Below the pieces are notes generated by a model. It worked only from the letters and a program-made list of their open reading frames with translations. It searched no databases and was not told where the DNA came from. From IMG/VR virus record IMGVR_UViG_3300033075_000869: a stretch of DNA of 39,573 nt. The stretch is one strand, 5' to 3'. Of this stretch, positions 25,787-32,913 are shown one piece after another. This DNA comes from a virus. The translations under genes and the position numbers were made by a program. The stretch's first letter is position 1; the number at the start of each line of letters is the position of its first letter.

Positions 25787-25854
25787 GCCAATTGTCTATT
25801 GGCAATACTCATGACACAACTAGCCATATGGCTAAGTTCACCAATTCTAGAATT
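25787..25854. repeat. Cluster of three palindromes in a convergent intergenic region: GCCAAT-tgtct-ATTGGC, TAGCCATATGGCTA, AATTCTAGAATT
   Basis: Found at 25787-25803, 25821-25834 and 25843-25854, between convergent IF-1 (+) and the minus-strand gene. Confidence 0.4.
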
Positions 25855-26689
25855 ACGCTGCGCTCTCTTCTTTGTTCATGTAATTAACATGAGCTAGCAC
25901 TTCTTTATGACGTGCTTGAAGCGTTGTGTATATAATTTTTGATTCAGCTTTCCATTCAGCAGAAAGTTGTTTCATGCCATGTCCTTGTAGCTCATCATAA
26001 ATTTCGTCAGAAGTTGAACTCAAAATTGAGCTAATGGTCGACCATGGAACTGATGAAAAAGTTGCACCAGCTTCCTGTAGATCTCCATATTGAAACACTT
26101 TGCCAGAACCACCAAAATCAGGCTTAAGCATTGTCTCAAGTTCACCAGGCTTGTTTCCAAATTTTGAGCCCTTACGACCACCTTGTGCTCTAAATGTAAG
26201 TGAACCACCAGGATCGATGCGGGTTGCAACATCTTTATCAACAATGATATTGCCTGAACCAGTTCCTATTACGTCCCAATTTGCCAAGAAGATATCTACG
26301 TATATACCTGCTGTCAACATTTTTGCTAGTTTCTTAGGATCTGTTCGAACGTCACCTGCCATCTTGCCCGGAATAGCAGACGTTGCCAGTCCAACTTTTG
26401 CACCTTTGGTGTCATAAACTAGTTCGATTTTAGGAATGTTAACGCCTTCATAAAGTGAATATACCTTATAAGCAAGGTATTCAACCAAGATTTGCAATGA
26501 AGGATTAACATCGTCAATCAGACTTTCGTCTGTGAACTTAAGATAATATTTGTCTCCACCAATTGAACACGTTTTCATAATGTGTGTTGAACCGGTTGCA
26601 AAACATACATCACCAACATCTTCAATGTTGATTTCATTCAAAATCGATTCTCTAATTAGTTGACGTAGTGTTTCAATATTTATATACAT
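25853..26689 (-). CDS. hypothetical protein with N-terminal MYINIETLRQLIRE motif; possible atypical kinase-like fold
   Basis: ATG 26687-26689 verified; the track ORF uses TTG at 26719. Motifs GSTHIMK...YYLKF, DIFLANWDVIGTGSGNIIVD and RIDPGG vaguely resemble PI3/4K- or HipA-like catalytic and DFG loops. Confidence 0.5.
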   Translation of the reverse strand: MYINIETLRQLIRESILNEINIEDVGDVCFATGSTHIMKTCSIGGDKYYLKFTDESLIDDVNPSLQILVEYLAYKVYSLYEGVNIPKIELVYDTKGAKVGLATSAIPGKMAGDVRTDPKKLAKMLTAGIYVDIFLANWDVIGTGSGNIIVDKDVATRIDPGGSLTFRAQGGRKGSKFGNKPGELETMLKPDFGGSGKVFQYGDLQEAGATFSSVPWSTISSILSSTSDEIYDELQGHGMKQLSAEWKAESKIIYTTLQARHKEVLAHVNYMNKEESAA

Positions 26690-26715
26690 TTGACGTGTGT
26701 TCCTTTTTGATTTAA

Positions 26716-29115
26716 TCAAAAACTGTGTTCTTGAAACCCAAATTTTGATTTCAACTTAGATTTTGATGTTGACCAATAAATTTGTGTAACTTTTATCTGA
26801 CCAATTCCAATAGCTTCATCTTCTTGAGTATGAGAATCAAATCCCGGGACTTTATAAAGTCCACCTGGGCCAAGAACAAACTTGTTAGGATTATCATCTG
26901 TTGCGGCAACAAGAAATATTGAATAACCGTCATCACTATTTGCAAAGCTCAAAGCTTGTTCACGGCTAATAGACCAACTTGTTACACCACGATTTTCTTT
27001 AGGCGTAAATGTAAAAGATGCTTCTTTGTGACCATTTTCATCAAGATCGTCTTGATTGTCAATTTTTAGTGCAGACATTAGCCATTTTTTATTAACACTC
27101 ATTCCCCTATAAACGAATTCTTGTGTTGGTTTTTTAAAGATTGAATCATATTGATCAGTTGCCAAAATTTGGCTTATTTCATTTGCAAGTTCTTGTTTGA
27201 TCGGGGTGTTATCCTTGAAGTGAGCAACTAGTGCAGTATAAAGTTCTTGTTCTCGCGCAGTATCAACTTCAATTGGCAATTGAAAACGCTTTTCTGCAAA
27301 TGCATATTGATTTAGAATTGCGTCTTCAGGTGCTTCAGGTGGATTCTTTTTTATTATTTTTCTTTTTTCTACTTCAAATTCTTTAATATAAGGCTCTAGA
27401 ATTTTTTCAATTTTTTCAATTACATTTTGTCGTTCTGATTCTGATGTTGAATTCCACGCAGATACTAGATCATTTTTATGATCAACAGGATAGTGTTTAT
27501 CACTACCCGATGACATTGAATACACAATTGTAAACCAGTTAGAGTCAATATCATTGTCAAAAAATTTATTCCGCAGTTCAGTTTTTTTATCGTATTTGAT
27601 ATTTGCTGATACAGCAAGTTTTCGCAATGTTGACATTGTTTCTAGAAACAATGGATCTTTAAGTACTGTATTAGTCGAAATGATTTTATCGACTTTGTCT
27701 TCAAGCATCTTTAGAGAATGCATTCCTTCATCAGTATCATGATCCACATTTCCAATTTTAAATGCACTTTCAAGCGTTTTATAAAAATTTTCTGTGATTT
27801 CACTTGGTTGAGTTCTAAGCAAACTTGCAATCTTTGCTCCAAATTTCCATACAGGTATTTTATTGTATTCATCAGCATCGAGTGTTATAAGTTTTCGAAT
27901 AATGCTAATTATGAGCAAAAATCTATCTTTTTGATTATTACTCAATGAATATGATTCAATTTTTTTCAAATCAGATTTGACTTGATCAATGTTTGTTTTT
28001 AGAGTTTGTATAAACGATTGTGATTTACTACGCTCGGCACAAGCATCAGTATATGTCTTTGTAAATGAACGTGGTGATTCTGAAAATGCACTAGAAATTA
28101 GTTTTCTTGTAAAGCTATCGCCAACACTATTTGTAATCAAAGAAACAAATGTTGGATCAGAAGGTGAATTTTTAATCAATTCAAAAATTTGGGTCAAGTC
28201 GTTCTGAATTGACCAAGTTTTAATGGCAACTATTTCGTTGGCAATGTTGTTTAGAATTTGTTCAGTATCATTTAGTAGAACTTCATATGCTTTTGTAGCA
28301 TTTTTACTGCCCGGCGATTTTGCAACTGCACGAACCAAATTATTCCAAGTATTACGTGATTCATTATGATTCTTAGAATTTAGTGTTAGCTCATGAATGA
28401 ACTCATGAAAAAAATCTACAAGACGCCAACTAAGATTATTTTCATGCTCAACACGTATAACATTTGATAGTTTTAGTTCTTCAGCAACATCTGGGGTTAT
28501 GTTTTTTGTTCTTTTAACAATTTCGTCAAATATTTGTTTTTGAAGTTTTGGATCGTTTTGATCTGATAGATCAACTGAATTGTTGAATTTTTCAAAAAAT
28601 TCATCAAGTTGTGCATCACTTAGTTTGTTCAAAATGTTATGAAAAACATGATCGACTTCATATATCGAAGCACCACTCTCATGCCAAATTTCATATGCAT
28701 CACGAAATTCATCAATAATATCACTTGATATTCCGTCAAGCGAATCTAGAATCTTAAAAACAATGCGTGGCTTTATTGCAGTGATATCCTGCTTAATCCA
28801 ATTCATGAATTTATATGTCGACATTTCAAGCAGCAGCATTGCTGTTTGGACTTTTACGCGCTTCATATGAATAATTAGGCTAAACGCATCTAAAACTTCA
28901 TAATCGTGTATTGAACGTGACGGTGCCTCTGTACAAACTTCAATTCCTGTACAACCAGATTCACATGTATGCGAATAAACCACACAGGACGTTTCAGCGC
29001 GGGAATTACGAACTTCTAGAACAGATGCAATATAAGTCCTAAGACTAGGTATCACCAAACCCGTATACCAAAATACATTCGAACATACACGAAAAAATTT
29101 TGCTTTGATTGGCAT
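26716..29115 (-). CDS. large (799 aa) protein with N-terminal Cys cluster and C-terminal R-S-E ADP-ribosyltransferase-like domain
   Basis: C-terminal about 180 aa: FVYRG (Arg), about 44 aa later TSWSISREQALSFA (STS-like region), about 50 aa later PGFDSHTQEDE (ARTT loop + ExE). The spacing is typical of C3/iota/Alt-type mARTs. Confidence 0.55.
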   Translation of the reverse strand: MPIKAKFFRVCSNVFWYTGLVIPSLRTYIASVLEVRNSRAETSCVVYSHTCESGCTGIEVCTEAPSRSIHDYEVLDAFSLIIHMKRVKVQTAMLLLEMSTYKFMNWIKQDITAIKPRIVFKILDSLDGISSDIIDEFRDAYEIWHESGASIYEVDHVFHNILNKLSDAQLDEFFEKFNNSVDLSDQNDPKLQKQIFDEIVKRTKNITPDVAEELKLSNVIRVEHENNLSWRLVDFFHEFIHELTLNSKNHNESRNTWNNLVRAVAKSPGSKNATKAYEVLLNDTEQILNNIANEIVAIKTWSIQNDLTQIFELIKNSPSDPTFVSLITNSVGDSFTRKLISSAFSESPRSFTKTYTDACAERSKSQSFIQTLKTNIDQVKSDLKKIESYSLSNNQKDRFLLIISIIRKLITLDADEYNKIPVWKFGAKIASLLRTQPSEITENFYKTLESAFKIGNVDHDTDEGMHSLKMLEDKVDKIISTNTVLKDPLFLETMSTLRKLAVSANIKYDKKTELRNKFFDNDIDSNWFTIVYSMSSGSDKHYPVDHKNDLVSAWNSTSESERQNVIEKIEKILEPYIKEFEVEKRKIIKKNPPEAPEDAILNQYAFAEKRFQLPIEVDTAREQELYTALVAHFKDNTPIKQELANEISQILATDQYDSIFKKPTQEFVYRGMSVNKKWLMSALKIDNQDDLDENGHKEASFTFTPKENRGVTSWSISREQALSFANSDDGYSIFLVAATDDNPNKFVLGPGGLYKVPGFDSHTQEDEAIGIGQIKVTQIYWSTSKSKLKSKFGFQEHSF

Positions 29116-29163
29116 AAATGAATAATACTATACGTTCTGCTAGAAGTACTAGCTACATATAAT

Positions 29164-29463
29164 ATGAAAATCAGATTGGGTACGCTAAGAAAAATAATAC
29201 GTGAAGCTGGAGGTTGGGCCTCGCCACCACAACCAGCAGGCAGGAATTCTTTTTCTTCCGATATCACCAATCGTGAACAAATTGATCGTCTAGATATAGT
29301 CGATAATGACCGCCAACAAATAACATCACATCTGGAAGACCCTACAGAAGATCCTGAGGACTGCTTTGGTCCCGTTCCGCCGATTTCAGATCAAATTGAT
29401 ATACATCAAGACCCATTTTCCAGGGACTATGGGCCAATCCCACATCCAAATGTGGGTAGATGA
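29164..29463 (+). CDS. small acidic protein with N-terminal MKIRLGTLRKIIRE motif (internal-protein-like)
   Basis: 99 aa with acidic Asp/Glu-rich stretches (e.g. EDPTEDPED, pI estimated low). The N-terminus carries the shared motif. Confidence 0.5.
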   Translation: MKIRLGTLRKIIREAGGWASPPQPAGRNSFSSDITNREQIDRLDIVDNDRQQITSHLEDPTEDPEDCFGPVPPISDQIDIHQDPFSRDYGPIPHPNVGR

Positions 29464-29766
29464 TTAACACGAACGTTTACGAACAATTTCAGTAATCAAT
29501 TGATCAATTTGTAGACGAGTTGTTGCAAGGTCAACAATGTCAACATGTCGTACTTGATGCCATAGAGCCCAACGTTTATTTCCGATCGGACCCGTTCCAT
29601 TTACTTCGTTAGGTTTCACAAAAAAGAAAACTGGTTCTAGGAACACACTATCTTCACGAGTTTCTATAATTCGCCATATTGCGCTCTCTGTTGATTTTGG
29701 CGTAAAATAATCAGTAATGAAATTTACGTAATCTCCTAGCGCAAATTGTTCACTAATCTTGTTCAT
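29464..29766 (-). CDS. hypothetical protein
   Basis: ORF of 100 aa. Confidence 0.4.
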   Translation of the reverse strand: MNKISEQFALGDYVNFITDYFTPKSTESAIWRIIETREDSVFLEPVFFFVKPNEVNGTGPIGNKRWALWHQVRHVDIVDLATTRLQIDQLITEIVRKRSC

Positions 29767-30076
29767 AACATGTTGACGTCCACGTTATATCAAGTTTGCG
29801 TGGCACGCTATATTCAATATCAAATCTTTGAATATTCATTTGTGTATACATTAGAATAATTTCCGGAACAGTTTTCCACAACACATATGATTCATGCAAA
29901 TCATTGTTAACAGATATTATCATGCCATGATGGTTTTTAACCTTGTTACTTATTGATGTATGTTCTGCTTGAAAGATTTGTTTGCCCGGAACATACTTTC
30001 CTTTTTCTAGCCATTCGTGTTTGCACAAAATAAGTTTAGGCATTGTTTGACACCGCAAAATCATCAATTGGATCAC
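29753..30076 (-). CDS. hypothetical protein
   Basis: ORF of 107 aa. Confidence 0.4.
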   Translation of the reverse strand: MIQLMILRCQTMPKLILCKHEWLEKGKYVPGKQIFQAEHTSISNKVKNHHGMIISVNNDLHESYVLWKTVPEIILMYTQMNIQRFDIEYSVPRKLDITWTSTCYEQD

Positions 30077-30320
30077 AGTAGTTGGCTAGTTGATCCCAAC
30101 GCATTTGTGCAATATTAGCAATATTCGCTGAAGAATACACAAATGTCGCTATCCAGTTTTTCATATTAACGATCGACCTCTCATTGGGAACCCACGTTTT
30201 TACATAAACGTTTGACCAGCCGATTATCATACACACACAAAAACTACCGGGCAAACCAGTAAAACGGGGGATAAACAACGTCCCAGGACAATATGTTCGC
30301 TGTGTTTCTCTTCTATTCAC
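30036..30320 (-). CDS. hypothetical protein
   Basis: ORF of 94 aa. Confidence 0.35.
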   Translation of the reverse strand: MNRRETQRTYCPGTLFIPRFTGLPGSFCVCMIIGWSNVYVKTWVPNERSIVNMKNWIATFVYSSANIANIAQMRWDQLANYCDPIDDFAVSNNA

Positions 30321-30801
30321 CAGATAGACTCTTTAGTTCGTTATTAATGAATTCTTGATATTTTGTAAATGTTATTCCAAGTTCAACCAACCCAACTTTA
30401 GTAAGTCTTTTCTTAATTTGATTATATGGAACAGATTTTGTTGATGATTTTCCTTTATACGGCATAAAAGAAAATACGGGTTTAAGTGTTATGCACCCAT
30501 AAAGATATAGTTGTCGAACGTGTTTATTTTTCTTGTCGACCCAACCCATTCTTGAAGATACATTTATGTTTTTACGACGTCCAGGACCAGCAGAATAACG
30601 ATACATTCTTTCAGTGTATGAACCCCATGTTGAATCAACAGCAACGGGATAATCCTTTACAATTTTGTAAATGATCCCGCCAGAATTTAGACCATGAGCA
30701 CTTAGTGAAACCAAATCACCAATTGCATAGCCATAATCACTTAGTGTGGGTATTTTACCAACATATACATCGCTAAATTTTGTACCAAATTCATAGCCCA
30801 T
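30313..30801 (-). CDS. hypothetical protein
   Basis: ORF of 162 aa. Confidence 0.45.
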   Translation of the reverse strand: MGYEFGTKFSDVYVGKIPTLSDYGYAIGDLVSLSAHGLNSGGIIYKIVKDYPVAVDSTWGSYTERMYRYSAGPGRRKNINVSSRMGWVDKKNKHVRQLYLYGCITLKPVFSFMPYKGKSSTKSVPYNQIKKRLTKVGLVELGITFTKYQEFINNELKSLSGE

Positions 30802-30841
30802 ATTGCTATATTAATACACAATATTGTGATGTATTATGTCA

Positions 30842-31093
30842 TCATTTATTGTCTTTCAAGACAATCATAATTCCATGGCGTGTATAGATGTAATACGTAT
30901 ATACGTTACCCGTCAGCATAACACCAATAATAAAAAAGGCTGCATGAGCTAGTTGACGTTGTTGTGTAACGTCACCATCAGTCACATGCCAGGCAGTAAC
31001 ACCGGGTGAAATGGCTGCGTCGCCAGGAAATATATCTCCCGATGGCCAGTAATTTCTGTTAAGAACATGAAATTTTGGTGGGCGTTCCACCAA
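30842..31093 (-). CDS. PGD-motif small paralog
   Basis: GDIFPGDAAISPGVTAWHV. Confidence 0.4.
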   Translation of the reverse strand: MVERPPKFHVLNRNYWPSGDIFPGDAAISPGVTAWHVTDGDVTQQRQLAHAAFFIIGVMLTGNVYTYYIYTRHGIMIVLKDNK

Positions 31094-31105
31094 AATACAT
31101 ATTCG

Positions 31106-31378
31106 TTAGTGAACTGCTGCTTTTCGAAAAGTAATTAGACGGGGATTGTTTTTCTCTGATGTCAACAACGTAATAAACAATCCCCAACCATATTGTGTTT
31201 CACGATTCTGAACGGCAATTATGACTGTTTGAATACCGGTTCCGTCAGGTGGAGCAATCGTAACTGTTTTATTTGTGACCAAATCTGAAAATTGTCGCCA
31301 TGTATGAATGTACAAAATGTCTCCGGGATTTAGACGCGCCCAAGAGAATGATGTGTTATATAGATGGTATGTTTCCAT
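31106..31378 (-). CDS. PGD-motif small paralog
   Basis: LNPGDILYIHTW (compare family A PGDLFTWHY). Confidence 0.45.
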   Translation of the reverse strand: METYHLYNTSFSWARLNPGDILYIHTWRQFSDLVTNKTVTIAPPDGTGIQTVIIAVQNRETQYGWGLFITLLTSEKNNPRLITFRKAAVH

Positions 31379-31410
31379 TGTTATTTTTCAGAAATATATT
31401 CGTGGGCTTT

Positions 31411-32121
31411 TTAAGAGCCGTCTGAGGTCATGTGCAAGTTACCATCATGCCACTTGATGACATGAGATTCATATGACAACAAATAAATCCGATTGTCGTT
31501 ACGAATCATAACCATGTCATTACAAAAAGCCTTTTTATCATAATTGTTCTGAAACCAAGACAAAACTCGTAGATTAATTGCTTCTTGAAATGCACTACGA
31601 AAAACTCGTGCACGTGACAACATTGTTTTACGACGAGAATAAAGTTTTCTATGCATGTCAAGTTCGTCGCCTTGAACATGATAACCTCGTTTCGTGGTTG
31701 ATGTTTTGACGTTTTCAAAAATTTCTTGAAATGTGGTCGACGTCAAAATATTTGGTTCATTATGCCGAATCAACAAATAGTAACTCGGTCCACAATCGAT
31801 CATGTCGCCAGTCGGAATCCACGTTTCAACTGCACCTGCAGCAATTCCTTTTGCAACCAAATGTCGGATAAAATCCCAATACTTGGTTGATGCTCGATCA
31901 TAATCTTTATTTAGAGTCGAATATCGACGTTCAAGACGTCGCCAATCAAACAATGCTTTTGTTGAATAACCAACTGCTGGAAAGTCTGAACTATATCGAC
32001 GATAATGATATGTTGAAAAATATTTCTTATTTGACAAACCTTCATAGTCGTTATAATTCATAACGTTTAGAAGCGCAACAGGCTGCAAAGCGTCAATATC
32101 AAAATCAATGATTGATGACAT
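31411..32121 (-). CDS. family D paralog (IDFDIDAL...WRRLERR)
   Basis: Tandem paralog of 32105-32824. Confidence 0.5.
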   Translation of the reverse strand: MSSIIDFDIDALQPVALLNVMNYNDYEGLSNKKYFSTYHYRRYSSDFPAVGYSTKALFDWRRLERRYSTLNKDYDRASTKYWDFIRHLVAKGIAAGAVETWIPTGDMIDCGPSYYLLIRHNEPNILTSTTFQEIFENVKTSTTKRGYHVQGDELDMHRKLYSRRKTMLSRARVFRSAFQEAINLRVLSWFQNNYDKKAFCNDMVMIRNDNRIYLLSYESHVIKWHDGNLHMTSDGS

Positions 32122-32824
32122 GGATGATTAAAGCGTTAGGAGTGATAAGAATATTTGATTCAGACCACAAAAATTCACCAGATTTGTATGTGATCACGTA
32201 AATTCGATCATCATTGCGTAGAATGATTGTGTCGTTAAATGATTGACCAATAGCAAGTCCAAGCTCCATATTTCGTTTCTGAAGCCCGAGCTTAATACGA
32301 GTTTCAATCGCGAGAAAAAATGCAGTTTTAAACACATAATATCGATTACGTGAAATTGCATAACGTTGAAGTAGCTTGTAATACGTATTTGTCTCATCTT
32401 CATTCAATTGATAACCAAATTTGGAAGATGAGTTCACATATTGTGCAATAATGTCTTTAAGAGATCTTGATGATGTTCCCCCACTAATACTAATTGTATC
32501 AACAAGACCATTTTCGCCACGAAGAACCCAGGCTTCAGAAGCACCACGTTTCTGAAGTTCTTGACCTATCATTTTGCAAAAATTCCAAAATGCCGTATAT
32601 TTTTGCGAATATTGCAAATTAATTTGATGTGTTCTACGTTCAAGAGAACGCCAGTTACGCAATTTTTTTACATCATATCCAACATTGTGTTTTTCATGAA
32701 AACAAAAGTCATTATTTACTTTGAAATGACGTTTTATGCCATGGCTCTTAAGTTGATAATATTCGTGCTCATCAAATATACGAGTAGGAAGTGCATCGAT
32801 ATCAAAATCAATCAAATTAGCCAT
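32105..32824 (-). CDS. family D paralog
   Basis: MANLIDFDIDAL...WRSLERR. ATG 32822-32824 verified; the track ORF uses an upstream TTG. Confidence 0.5.
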   Translation of the reverse strand: MANLIDFDIDALPTRIFDEHEYYQLKSHGIKRHFKVNNDFCFHEKHNVGYDVKKLRNWRSLERRTHQINLQYSQKYTAFWNFCKMIGQELQKRGASEAWVLRGENGLVDTISISGGTSSRSLKDIIAQYVNSSSKFGYQLNEDETNTYYKLLQRYAISRNRYYVFKTAFFLAIETRIKLGLQKRNMELGLAIGQSFNDTIILRNDDRIYVITYKSGEFLWSESNILITPNALIIHVINH

Positions 32825-32873
32825 TGCAGATAATATTACTGTAATACATTCATAAATTAAGTTGCACAAACGT

Positions 32874-32911
32874 CAACAAGGAAGATTCTCCGAAGAAAAT
32901 CTTCCTTGTTG
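32874..32911 (-). terminator. Strong hairpin immediately 3' of the MVP-like gene: 13-bp perfect stem CAACAAGGAAGAT/ATCTTCCTTGTTG, 12-nt loop
   Basis: Perfect inverted repeat at 32874-32886 and 32899-32911. It starts 2 nt after the MVP stop codon on the minus strand. The T-run after it is weak. Confidence 0.45.
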
Positions 32912-32913
32912 AT

